Made by a program: the position numbers and the translations under genes
From: Octopus vulgaris
Lineage: Eukaryota
Assembly: GCA_951406725.2 (NCBI GenBank)
Contig: OX597835.1
Coordinates: 44,020,001-44,084,000 of the forward strand
Reading direction: 5' to 3'
Length of the DNA stretch: 64,000 bases
Shown: piece after piece, positions 1 through 13,163 of the stretch
How positions within the stretch are numbered: the first letter of the stretch is position 1
Layout of the letters: every line of letters begins with the position of its first letter
Notes under the pieces: model-generated
What the model was told of the DNA's origin: nothing
Seen by the model: only the letters and a program-made list of their open reading frames with translations
Databases searched by the model: none

Positions 1-200
1 CATGGAGGACATATCAAAGGACGCATTACAACACACAAAAACAAAAACAGGAGGGGTTTACATCGACCAAAACGAGACACTACCAAGTAGACACCAATGG
101 ATGTATACTAAAAATTAGGAAAATACATAATTTGGTAAATAATTAGAATCCCCAATAGCAGGGCAGTCACCCTAGGGTAATTTGGGGTAAATCCTACGCA

Positions 201-231
<31 letters not shown>

Positions 232-447
232 AAAATACAGCATTCCGTTGCCATCCCAAATGCCCTCTTCGAGTTTATTTGCTCCTGCTTAGAAAAAGCA
301 AACTCAGAGTGAATCACTTCAGTCTTACCAGTCTTGCCATTCCCGTCCACCTTTGGATCAATACACTAGAGGGCAGCACTTCCCTGTCTACTTTCACCTT
401 CCGATAATAATTATAATAATGATAATAATGATAATTGTAATAATTAT

Positions 448-950
448 CTTTTCTATTATAGGCACAAGGCTTGGAATTATGGCGGTAGTGGGATGGTTAG
501 TCGATTACATCGACCCCAGTCTTTGATTTGTACTTATTTCATCGACCCTGAAACGATGAAAGACAAAGTTATATATTAACTCATAACGTAAATACATTTT
601 GCTTGACGCGCTAAGGATTTTACAAGCTCGCCAGTAATAACAATCCGGTCTACTATAGGCACAAGGCCGGAAATTACATCGACTCCAGTGCTCAGCTAGT
701 ATTTATTTATCGACCCCGAAAAGACGGACGAAATGCCGCTGACGAGTCTGCCAAGGTACGAGGCCAACGATTTGGTAGTGGGGTTGACTCCCGGAAACCA
801 TCGATCCCAGCACTTTAATCATAGTATATTTCGTCGACTCCTCGAAGACGGAAAGACAAAGTTAACGTAGGCGGTATTTGAACTCAGAATGTAAACTGCC
901 GGACTAAGTACCACAAATCTGTTTTTCCGATGGTCTGATAAGTCTAACAG
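448..950 (-). mobile_element. Three adjacent decayed copies of tRNA-derived SINE family A
   Basis: Each shows the reverse of the family A core (gtcgattacatcgaccccagt...tacttatt..atcgacccc.gaaa..atgaaa) and tail (ggcacaaggc) seen in better copies at 8511 and 49762. Confidence 0.75.
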
Positions 951-1807
951 CATATGTTGTGATACACTTGCATAACCAATATCCGACATCACATCAACGA
1001 GAGCAACTACGAGTGCGCTACCGATTATTATAACAGAACCCACATTGCACATACTCTGTGTAATCACAGCACCACAAAACTAAAACAAATAACAAAATAG
1101 AAACAGAACCCAACAAAATAATTCATCTGCGAGTTACTGTTTACATCTCGTTCAGATATTTATTATTGCTTGCAGACAGTTTTTCGAAATCAGTGACGGA
1201 AGTTACTAGAAAAACCCTTAAGTATTTGCAAACAGGTCTTCCTTTTCATCGTAAAGCGGTGATTACCGTACGTTGACTAGAGGCAAATTACCTCGAACCT
1301 GCAGTCCGTACGTATCACTAAGGCTTACGAGAAAGGGGTGACCTCCTTTTGCAAATACCATAAGGGCACAGATAGTGTGCCTAAAGCCAGCTGAAGACGA
1401 TGATCTCCTGGGGCTAAAAGCTACAGTAACACCCACCCTTAGTGGTTAGCTATATTGATGGCTAGTATACTTTATGTTGTCGTGCAGTTACTGTTTACAT
1501 CTCGTTCAGAGATTTATTATTGCATAGACTGCATATTTCTCACACGAAATGGACGAAGTGTTATGTGCCAAAAACAACAAACCCCGCAACGATGCAAAAC
1601 CGATTTAATGTATAAAATACATTTCTATATTCCCAAAAGACAAGACAACACGCACACAAAGGAGACGGGCTGGCTTGGAGTGGTGCAGTAGAAATTTGCA
1701 TAAGCCTGGTAAAGACACGATGGCGATGGTGTTACCGATGATGATGAGGAGGATGAAAGTAAGCACGATGATGATGACGACGACAACAATAATAGAGGTT
1801 TATAATT

Positions 1808-2020
1808 AGACACAGAGCCAGCAATTTTGAGCAGTGAGGGGGTAAATCGATAGCATTGGCGTCAATCACTGTATTTAAATGGAACTTCATTCTATTGATC
1901 TCGAGGGTGATGAATGGCAAGGGAGACCTCGGAAGATCTTGAGCTCAGACAGTAAAGAGTGGGGATAAATACTGCAAGGAATTTTGTCAGTCGTTCCAAA
2001 GAATTTATCATGTCACCAAT
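1808..2020 (-). mobile_element. Highly decayed SINE family A copy
   Basis: cacagagccagcaattt tail, gacctcgg...tgagctcaga B-box region. Confidence 0.55.
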
Positions 2021-2053
2021 TTATAATAAACCTTTCAACTATAGGCACAAGAC

Positions 2054-2330
<277 letters not shown>

Positions 2331-2750
2331 TGCTTGTCAGTTGTTTGACTTTAACCAGTTGACCACGTCCCTTAGTGGCTGACAATACGTGCATCTCTGA
2401 TCACAAGCAGAAGTAGTGGGGGAGCATCATGGCCATGTGTTGAAAGGAATTCTTAGAGGTTTGGATAATTCACATTTGGAAACATGGGTGGTTCGTTCAA
2501 CATCCTTAAACAATCCTTTTTCAGGGACTTTTTGAGCGGGATGGGCTACTCGACAAAAAGAAAATTCTAACTGGGCCCCACCTGCAAGGTCATGTGCTGT
2601 TTATCTTGATATGAGATCACCATGTCGCACACATATGGTTGTGATGCATGTGCCTGGTGTACCCTTATCAGACGGGTAGTCATGATGGGTATATTGGGCT
2701 TTGTATATTTTACCCCAGTGTCACTTTGATGGCATGCACCGCTCTCTCAC
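2331..2750 (+). mobile_element. 5'-truncated copy of a ~550-bp non-coding retroposon embedded in (AAT)n
   Basis: Aligns by eye with 3473-3891 over its full length; shares the 3' end ctctctca followed by (AAT)n. Confidence 0.85.
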
Positions 2751-2821
<71 letters not shown>

Positions 2822-2846
2822 TAATAATAATAATAATAGTAATAAT

Positions 2847-3345
2847 GAACGCCAAGACAATATAGCAAGGCTTGTCCATTGGACACTTTGCAACAAGTAT
2901 GGACTTGACAGGAAAAAATTGGTACGACCACAAACCTGAAGGCATCGTCGAAAAGGATAATGCAAAGATCCTGTGGGATTTTATGATTCAGTACGACCAT
3001 GTGATAGAGAAGGGGAAGCCGGACATAGTCTTAATTGAGAAACAAAACAAACTATGCTGGATAATAGATATAGTATGCCCAGCGGACAAGGTATGCGATG
3101 AGGAAGAAAGAAAAGTCGATAGATATGAAAGGTTAGCTTGGGAGGTTAGCAGTTGTGTTCACTGAAAACAGTGGTAGTAGAACCAATAATTGTCGGGGCC
3201 TTGGAAACAGTAAAAATCTTGAGAAGTACATGGAACAAATAGGGGCTGCAATGAAAGGGGAGCACTTGCAGAAAGCAGCACTGCTTGGAACCGCTCGAAA
3301 AATAAGGGGTTTTACCATAGTTCACTGGTAGTGGCAAAAGCAATA
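2847..3345 (+). pseudogene. R4/Dong-like non-LTR retrotransposon 3' fragment (restriction-like endonuclease domain)
   Basis: Frameshifted translation ERQDNIARLVHW..NWYDHKPEGIVEKDNAKILWDF..KPDIVLIEK..IIDIVCP..PIIVGAL..LQKAALLGTAR shows the RHD / PD..D / K RLE motifs; flanked by (AAT)n. Confidence 0.9.
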
Positions 3346-3348
3346 ATA

Positions 3349-3891
3349 GCAGTACCAGGGCAGTGGCTCTCATGGCTTCTGATCTTAAGTGATTGGAAGT
3401 GTTATCATGTACATTGTTTTGTCTTCGTATAAAAGATGGCTACAGCAAATATTCCGCTCAATACCACAGATTTGCTTGTCAGTTGTTTGACCGTAATCAG
3501 TTGAGCAGGTCCCTTAGTGGCTGGCGATATGTGCATCTCTGATCACGAGCAGAAGTAGTGGGGGAGCATCATAGCCGTGTGTTGAGAGGGATTCTTTGGG
3601 GTTTGAATAATTCACCTCTGGAAACATGGGTGTTTCGTTCAACATCCTTAAACAACCCTTATTCAGGGACCTTTCGAGTGGGATGGGTTACTCGACCTGA
3701 AGAAAATTCTAACTGGGCCCTACCTGCAAGGTCATGTGCTGTTTATTTTGATATGAGATCACCATGTCGCGCACATATGGTTGTGATGCATGTGCCTAGT
3801 GCCTTATCAGACGGGTAGTCATGATGGGTATACTGGGCTTCGTATATTTTACCCCAGTGTCACTTTGATGGCATGTACTGCTCTCTCATTC
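3349..3891 (+). mobile_element. Longest copy of the ~550-bp (AAT)n-associated non-coding retroposon
   Basis: Homologous to 2331-2750 and 6043-6182; ends ctctctcattc-(AAT)n. Confidence 0.85.
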
Positions 3892-3940
3892 AATAATAAT
3901 AATAATAATAATATTAATAATAATAATAATAATAATAATG

Positions 3941-3972
<32 letters not shown>

Positions 3973-3983
3973 TATTATTATTA

Positions 3984-4545
3984 TTTGAAAATTTTGCCTA
4001 CGAGGGCAGCTTGGGGGAGGCGGGGATGAGTCAATCCCAAACTGCTACTTTATTTATCGACCCCGAAATGAAAGGCAAAGTCGACCTCGGCGGAAATTGA
4101 ACTCACGACATAACGGTAGACGAAATACCTATTTATTTACTACCCACAAGGGGCTAAACACAGAGAGGACAAACAAGGACAGACAAACGGATTAAGTCGA
4201 ATATATCGACCCCAGTGCGTAACTGGTACTTATTTAATCGACCCCGAAAGGATGAAAGGCAAAGTCGACCTCGGCGAAATTTGAACTCAGAACGTAACGG
4301 CAGACGAAATACCTATTTCTTTACTACCCACAAGGGGCTAAACACAGAGGAGACAAACAAGGACAGACGAACAGATTAAGTCGATTACATCTACCCCAGT
4401 GCGTAACTGGTACTTATTTAGTCGACCCCGAAAGGATGAAAAGCAAAATCGAACTCGGCGGAAATTGAACTCAGAGCGCAGCGGCGGACGAAATACCACA
4501 AAGCATTTCATCTGGCGTGCTAACCTTTCTGCTAGCTCATCGCCT
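3984..4545 (-). mobile_element. Head-to-tail trimer of SINE family A
   Basis: Two ~183-bp units (4131-4313, 4314-4545) plus a distal long-tail unit; head aggcgatgagctagcagaaaggttagcacgcc; B-box-like GAGTTCAAATTTC. Confidence 0.9.
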
Positions 4546-4553
4546 CATTAATA

Positions 4554-4620
<67 letters not shown>

Positions 4621-5532
4621 TAATAAGGATGATGATGATGATGATAATGATGATGTCGATGGTTTCTGATTTAAAAACATGGCCAACAATTTTAAGGAAT
4701 GGAGGTTAGTCTTTACCTTTACTCCGAGGCCTTGATTAATGCTGCATATTACCAGCCCGCGAGGGAGTTAAAGTTATGTCTGGCTTTGGCAGGATTTGAA
4801 CCCAGAGCGGAAATTTTCAGAAATATTCTGTAGATCTTTGTTTCTTTCGCCACTTTAAGCCAACATCCTTGATTTCCTCCAAAATTCTTAAATAAATGTT
4901 TTTTTTATGTCTATGCATGTATGTATGTATGTATGTATGTATGTATGTATGTATGTATGTATGTATGTATGTATGTATGTATGTATGTATGTATGTATGT
5001 ATGGATGTATGTATATGTATATATAAATGTTCATATGTACAAACATACACACTCACACAAACACACACACATTCAAACACACCCACATTCAAACACACCC
5101 ACACATTCAACACACAAACACGCTCACACGCACATTCACACACATACACACACACACACTTATATATGTACACTCACAAGCACGCACGCATATATAAAGT
5201 GCGCGAATGTAAGTATATACATGCAGACACATAGATACATGTTGTTTGCTTGTATTTCTGTTGGTGTGGGTGGAAATGACGTTGCTGTAATCCGCTCGCT
5301 CTCCACCGTCGATAGGAAAGGCTGTCATCCCTCTTGAGATCAATTTGTTAATGCATTGACTTTAACATTTTACATATTCTTGCTGTAGCTTAGACATCCC
5401 CCGCATATACAGTATACACAACCATATACGCAAACGCGAAGCAACACATCATTATGCAGTCACACATGCGCACAGTTATATATACATAAGTGTGTGTGTG
5501 TGTATTTGTTTATATGTATCTGTGTGCATATG

Positions 5533-5684
<152 letters not shown>

Positions 5685-5869
5685 ATACAGACAAGAGGAT
5701 AAAATTTCGAACCTAGTATAGTCTTGAAAAAAGCAGAAAGATTGGGTATTATTAGCCTTGTAAGACAGAAAAACGTTAACAACATTTTCCCGCCTTTTCA
5801 GAGTAAAACACCCAGTATGTCTGCTGTTTTCACGACTATATTACTTGCGAAATATTACCTTCTTATCTG

Positions 5870-5965
<96 letters not shown>

Positions 5966-6042
5966 CGACGCTTTTAAAACCATATGTTGGTGTTACATAT
6001 ATATATATATATATAATGCTAACTGTTTATCAAGATAAACAG

Positions 6043-6182
6043 CGCTGTTTATCTTGATATGAGATCACCATGTCGTGCACTTATGGTTGTGATGCATGTG
6101 CCTAGTGTACCCTTATCAAACGGGTAGTCTTGATAGGTGTATATGATGGGTATTAGTGTGCCCCAGTGTTACTTTGATGGCA
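6043..6182 (+). mobile_element. Short 3' fragment of the (AAT)n-associated retroposon
   Basis: gctgtttatcttgatatgagatcaccatgtc...ccccagtgttactttgatggca followed by (AAT)n. Confidence 0.8.
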
Positions 6183-6258
6183 AACAACAATAATAATAAT
6201 AATGATAATAATAAGGGGAGGTGGCATAGCAAAACATTTACGATGAAATCGAATACCA

Positions 6259-6356
<98 letters not shown>

Positions 6357-6357
6357 G

Positions 6358-6412
<55 letters not shown>

Positions 6413-6931
6413 ATTTGACTTATAATACGGAAGACGGTACGGCTTATAATTTTTGTATGACTTAATACAGTTGTCGCTGTTTAGTTACGTATTTAGGAGT
6501 TGGTTGTAATTTACTTATGGAATTTATTTACCGATACGGTTGTACAGAGGGTAAAAGTGTTTGAAAGTTGTGGTTTCTTTGGTATGTTTGTTCCCAGACA
6601 CCACTTATTTTAGTGCTGTCGACACCACCGGATTGAATAGTACTGCACAGGTGTCGAAACCATAGTGATATCTGTGGGGCAGCTGATGATGGAAGTATGT
6701 TGGATTGTTGGTATGGCTGTTTGTGTATATGTGGAATAGTATTATTGGATTGTTGGTATGGCTGTGGAATAGTATTTTATCACATCCTTTTGATATAGTA
6801 TATATATCACATCCTTTTGATATACATATATACACACATATGTATGCATGCATGTTCTTTGAATTTCTTTAAATTTATTGAAACGGCTTTCCTTCCACAT
6901 GTCTACACCCGCTGGATGTCACATTTTACTG

Positions 6932-7005
<74 letters not shown>

Positions 7006-7247
7006 ACATGCATATACATTTATCATATCACGGGGATGGAATTGTCTATCTTTCTGATACTGGTCTGTCCAAATCTTGTTACAGGATCCATCTTAAAGAT
7101 ACCAATCTTTTGAATATTCTAAAGTTTTGAAATCTAATCCGAGATGGCGGCATTTTGTTTTATCTTTTGCTGAATCAAAATTTGCAATGTCAATTTACGT
7201 TGGAGATCTCAGCATACTCTTTTTTATTCGGAAAGAAAATAACACGG

Positions 7248-7585
7248 AACAAGAACACTCAGGAGAGCACAAACCTCCACCAAGGCAACACCAACGTCCT
7301 CTCAACGATGAGCCAGAGGTGACTTTTAAAATGAGAATAATTGAAATAAACTCGACTGCTCTCACAAACGAGAATACTAAAAATGAACCCGACCGCTCTC
7401 AAAAATTTAGTTTAAAAACCGGAAGTATAATCCAGAATCCTTGTATCGTACCTGATTGATCCCAATGGTAGTCATGGAATGTGAAGGTGGCTGTAGAAAA
7501 TTTAGTAATAAATAGTTTATCGTTATCTAATACAAGCCAAAGTTAACAAACTCATCATTCAAAATAGTTTCAGAGGCGGAGGTAA
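7248..7585. mobile_element. Non-autonomous HINE/Helentron-like (DINE-1-type) DNA element, internally deleted
   Basis: Subterminal inverted repeats acctccaccaagg (~7273) and ggcggaggt (~7575); terminal hairpin-like cactcaggagagc; internal tccagaatccttgt shared with 7986. Class assignment is from recalled architecture. Confidence 0.55.
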
Positions 7586-7980
7586 TAATAATAAGTTCTA
7601 CTCAGGAATTTTGAAATGAATAGCATGAGACCTTTTGGTTTTTTTCTTCTCTTAAATTCCGGCCTTCCTTTAGTATTCCTGCTGTTTTAGATCGGTGTAT
7701 AGATGTATAAATATATGTAAGTATATTGTAAAGTGTTAATATGTATAATGTATAACATTTATAAAAATATGAGAGCGTTATTTAATTTCTGAACGGTTTT
7801 GCTACAGTTTGTTTATGTAGTTTGATTTCTTTATCCATCAGTTTCTACATAGAAACGCGAGTAGTATTAATAATAGAGAAACGAAAATAAAAGCTTGGAA
7901 ACAGCCTGAAGGGAGATAATTGAGAATGACTTGAAAGTCAACGTAAGATCGTAATCACGTAAAGCAAAGTAAATATAACA

Positions 7981-8154
7981 AATTATCCAGAATCCTTGTC
8001 CGGTACCGGGTCGATCCAAAAATCTAATCAGTTCGTACCAGTCACGAGGCCAAACATCCCTGAAAGTTTCATCCGAATCCATCCAGCGGTTCTTGAGATA
8101 TCTTGTCCACGGATAAACAAACAAACACAACTGAAAACAATACCTCCGAGGTAA
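7981..8154. mobile_element. Terminal part of a second HINE/Helentron-like element
   Basis: tccagaatccttgtccggtacc...gaaagtttcatccgaatccatcc...(caaa)n...aaacaatacctccgaggtaa with terminal hairpin tacctc/gaggta. Confidence 0.55.
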
Positions 8155-8510
8155 ATTCACGACCCAAGAAAATTTGAAAATTAAGAAAGTAGTTTTGACT
8201 TACCATGAATTGCATTGTTCTAGTGTGCTTGCTTTTCATGGTTACCTCAACATTTTTTAAGTCCAGGGCAGTCTGTAAAGTAACAAAAGAATAGGACTGT
8301 GAGATTCATTATAATTAGTATTCAGTGTTAGTTTGAGTGTGTATGTGTGTGTGTGCGTGCGTGTGTGAGGGAATGAATAGTTGAGTAGATGTAAGGTTGA
8401 CTTAAGGTCATTATTTTAGAGGAAAATTAAGAACAACAATAGGACATTTACTGAGAGACGAACTCAACAATGAAGATACAGATTAACGCATTACGATATT
8501 GGTGCGGATG

Positions 8511-8724
8511 AAGGCGGCGAACTGGCCGAAACGTTAGCACGCTGAGCAAATCGCTTAGAAGCATTTCGTCCGCCTTTACGTTCTGAGCTCAGCTTCCACC
8601 GAGGTCGACTTTGCCTTTCATCCTTTCGGGGTCCATAAAACAGATACGAGTTGAACCCTGGTGACAATGCAATCGACTCATTCCCTCCCCACAAATTACT
8701 GACTCTGTGTCAAAGTTTGAAACC
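8511..8724 (+). mobile_element. SINE family A, long-tail type
   Basis: aaggcggcgaactggccgaaacgttagcacgc head; gaggtcgactttgcctttcatcctttcgggg core. Confidence 0.9.
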
Positions 8725-9212
8725 AATAAAAGCGTTGACTGGGGCTTAAGTGTTGATTGACTGATTGTGTAAGTCTACAGGCAAATATTTCAGTACCAGT
8801 CGTTACGAAATTAACAATAAGACAACACTGTACTTGACATTATTGCCGTCGTTGTCGAGTATTTTAGACTATGACACGAAAAATAGAGAAAAATATTGAA
8901 AAAAGACACGAAGAAAAGTGTATCAGGAATTGTATGTATAAGAGTAATTGTCTTTGAATTTCATCGTATAAGTTACGAAAAGATTGAACGAAGTGTAGGC
9001 ATCGAAGAATGTGTAAGGGAGAGAAGAGGGGAAACGGTCAGGGAAGAATTCGCAGGAGTCGCCTTGAGAGATTCTAGATGAGAGCTACCGCCGAAGTCTT
9101 TACGTGCGCCATCAAGAGAGATTATGAACGAGGCAATAAAAGTCTATGTACGTGGTGTGTGTGTATATATCATCATGCATCTACTCTCACTCTTTTCGTA
9201 AACGGACATCTA

Positions 9213-9315
<103 letters not shown>

Positions 9316-9324
9316 TATATTCAG

Positions 9325-9680
9325 AGAATACCATACTGAAGCAGACTCTTTTGCATATCAATAGAAGGCTTTAGGGTTTGTCTCAATATTTTTGACAGCC
9401 TTGGCTCCCTTTTCTGCCTTCTCCTTTTCATGGGAGTGTTTGAGTTGAGTTCATTTTCGATCTCCAGCAATGTTTGTTTAATTGTTTGTTATCCTTTAGG
9501 GGCCGGGCCCATTCACACGATTTGAGATTTTTGCTCGTTGTCTCATTAGAATCCCACTATCCCTGGGTATTATATATTTCTGCTGACGTGGCATTCTCTC
9601 TGGAGCAAACTTACTGCATATGTCAGTTATGATTGTCATAAAGTGTTGTACCTCTTTCTCAATATGTACAGCTATCGCGT
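9325..9680 (-). pseudogene. CR1/L2-like LINE ORF2 fragment (linker between APE and RT)
   Basis: Minus strand reads LKHSHEKEKAEKGAKAVKNIETNPKAFY*YAK, matching the CR1-group 'IK.NPKAFY.Y' motif; contains stops. Confidence 0.65.
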
Positions 9681-10047
9681 AAAAATTAATTTTATAAAAG
9701 TTTAAAAGAATGAAAATTCTGATTGCAGTTTTAGTTATAAAAATATATGAAAATATAGAAGCAATGTGTTTATTCTAAACTTCAAAAAAGACAGACGCAC
9801 AGACAGACACATGGAAGTAAGCATATATAGTTTCATTGAGAGCAATTTATTCATTTATACATTTATTCCTGTATTAAAAGATATATTTCCTGACAACTAA
9901 GATTATTCAAGTTTATATGTACATCAGTTTATGTGTGTGTGTGTATGTATGTATATATGTATGTACCTATATATATATCGACGACGATACCTGTATATGC
10001 ATATATATGTGTGTGTGTGTGTGGATACATATATATGTATATGTATG

Positions 10048-10110
<63 letters not shown>

Positions 10111-10120
10111 GTATGTATGC

Positions 10121-10184
<64 letters not shown>

Positions 10185-10515
10185 ATATATATTTCTATAT
10201 GTATATTGCTTCAAATTGTGCATTATTGTTGTTATTATTATGCATTAGAATCAAAATATATATAGGTATTTTTTTTTGAGTTTCTATTGCAATTTAAAAG
10301 AATTCATTTTCATTTGAAGTTTAACTTCATACTATTTTACAAATAAATTAATTATTCATCCTCAACTCTCCATTTTCTTACCTTATGATTATTAATACCT
10401 ATTATAATAATTCCTAACATATTGTGGAGATTTTCTTCTAATGCAATGGAGATTAGGCCAGTGAAATTTTGATTATATTAATCCTTAATGACATCGTAAA
10501 TGTGAATACATACAT

Positions 10516-10575
<60 letters not shown>

Positions 10576-10942
10576 AAATGGAAAGATGAATTATCTTGTT
10601 ACGGATTATTCAAAAGTTTAACCGATACCTGGGTAGCAAAAATCACAGCAGAAAAAACACGGTTGGAGATAAGACCATATGGTGTTGCAACCGTGCGTTG
10701 GTGCGGATAATTCACTAATTATATATATATATATATATAAAATATTTAAAAATAAGCAACAAAAATGACTCCGGTAATTTGGTACAATTGTTTCGCACTA
10801 CAACATTTTATTAAAAGTTATAAGTATTACTTGCTTATTTTTAATTATAATCACCCCGCAGATTTTTATGGATAACACCATACAAAATTCTGGTGCATCT
10901 AAATTAAGTACCATATCCATTTGAATCTAAATTTTTGTCGAA

Positions 10943-11023
<81 letters not shown>

Positions 11024-11036
11024 GCATGTATATATA

Positions 11037-11468
11037 CGAGGGTTAGTCAAAAAGTAATGCCATTTTGTTTAGGATAAGTATAATTACACAAGAACATGTA
11101 ACATACATCAGAATGAAGTTGGTCCTCTGTGGATCACATCCCGAGAATAATGTTTGCCTTTCAAACTCTCTTTCGTGAGGCCTAAGAGATGATAGTCCAG
11201 TGACCGATGATAGTCCAGTGACAAGGAAGTGAAGGCTGTAGTGAAGATGTGGCTCAAAGAACAGTCAACAGAATTTTACGGGGCAGAGATACATGCTCTC
11301 ATTCGAAGGTGGAACATTGCTATTGAGAGAAACGGTGACTATGTTGAGAAGTGGCGCTGTGATACACAGAGGACCAGGTTCATTTTAATGTATGATACAT
11401 GTTCCTGTGCTGGTAATTATACCTCTCCTAAAAAAAATCAAAATGGCATTACGTTTTGACTCACCTCC

Positions 11469-11469
<1 letters not shown>
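11037..11469 (+). mobile_element. Internally deleted mariner transposon (~430 bp) with ~100-bp TIRs and TA target duplication
   Basis: TA-cgagggttagtcaaaaagtaatgccatttt ... aaaatggcattacgttttgactcacctccg-TA; internal DKEVKAVVKMWLKEQSTEFYGAEIHALIRRWNIAIERNGDYVEK is a mariner transposase C-terminus. Confidence 0.92.
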
Positions 11470-11554
<85 letters not shown>

Positions 11555-11686
11555 TTAGGGTGAATACTTGATAAGTGTAAGCACCTGTATACGCCAGCTA
11601 GTAGCAGAGGTGGTAAGAACAGGTCGTTTATAAAGCTTGAAACACGTGTACCGCGACATCCTCTGTGTTCTGTTTTTGATTTCATT

Positions 11687-11757
<71 letters not shown>

Positions 11758-12269
11758 GATACACCATTATATGCAGTTGTACATACATGCATGTATTAAC
11801 AGGTGTATTATTCAATGCAGTATAGGACATACACGCGATTAAGCAAAATGCGGAAATCATTGCATAATTCTACTGAGCCAGTTTTGCTTCCCTGTCGCTC
11901 TTTGTTGTGATCCCTCTCTTGATATATGTATATATATGTATACACACACATATATACACCCCCACACACACATGCATATACATATATATTTACATATGCA
12001 CATGTATATGTATATTTGTATATATATAATGTACAGATACGCACACACACACACATAGACACACACACACACACACACATGTATGTATATATAAATGTGT
12101 AGGTGTGTGTATGTGCGAATGGGTGTAAGTTGTACGAGTGACTGGTTGTATGCAATAGTTTCATGCCGAATGCAGTCGCTCAGGCGTGGTCGCTCAAACG
12201 TGTTCTGAAAGCATTTTTTAATGAAAGCATTTATTTTCTTAAAAAAAGAAAAGAAAAAGAAATGAACTT

Positions 12270-12635
12270 TTTCGCTTCCGTTAGGTGCGTAATTCTTTGA
12301 TGATCGGGAGGAGTTATTTTCTCTCTCAATTTATACATTGTTAATAGCGGTTTTATAGAAAAAAATACTGAAAAATCGATGATAGAAAAATGTAAAATTT
12401 ATCAATTTTTATACTTAAATGGGATCGATAAACTATGAATAGGCTGGAGAGTTTGAATATATTGTTGATGTATCGATGCTTCATAAATGTACAATTGATA
12501 AATTTTACACTTTTTCAATCTTCGATTTTTCCCCTGCCTTCTTTTTAACAGTAACGCCAATAACATTTAAAACTTTCAAGGACTATTAACTCACCTAGAC
12601 CATCAAATACTTATGCACCTTTATAACAGTGGAAA
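12270..12635. mobile_element. Old fold-back (MITE-like) palindromic element
   Basis: 12283-12316 is inverse to 12587-12620; 12370-12407 is inverse to 12493-12531. Confidence 0.7.
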
Positions 12636-12821
12636 TGTTAATTTTCTAAAAATAGTATTTCATATTATGGTTGAAAGCCAGGACCTGAACAAATTCTTTT
12701 AGCGTGGAACTTTCTGTTGCTTATCGTTTGTAATCGCTTAAATTTTTATATTTATAATTATATTACGCAATCTCATTTTATCGAGTGCTCTATAATCACA
12801 TGCATATATGCACGCCTCTGT

Positions 12822-12915
<94 letters not shown>

Positions 12916-12969
12916 GCCTGTTTGTCTGTCTATATATCTATGTTTGTCTGTTTACATATCCAAAATTTT

Positions 12970-13023
<54 letters not shown>

Positions 13024-13088
13024 GTATGCATGTATGAATGTATGCATGTATATAAATAGATATATATGTGTGTGTGTATATATATATT

Positions 13089-13163
<75 letters not shown>

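Noticed and set aside
4817-4885. EEIKDVGLKWRKKQRSTEYF resembling a mariner C-terminus
   Set aside because: Only ~20 codons with no TIR or other motifs; cannot be supported
7867-8160. 97-aa Trp-rich ORF
   Set aside because: Falls on the non-coding terminal part of a HINE-like repeat
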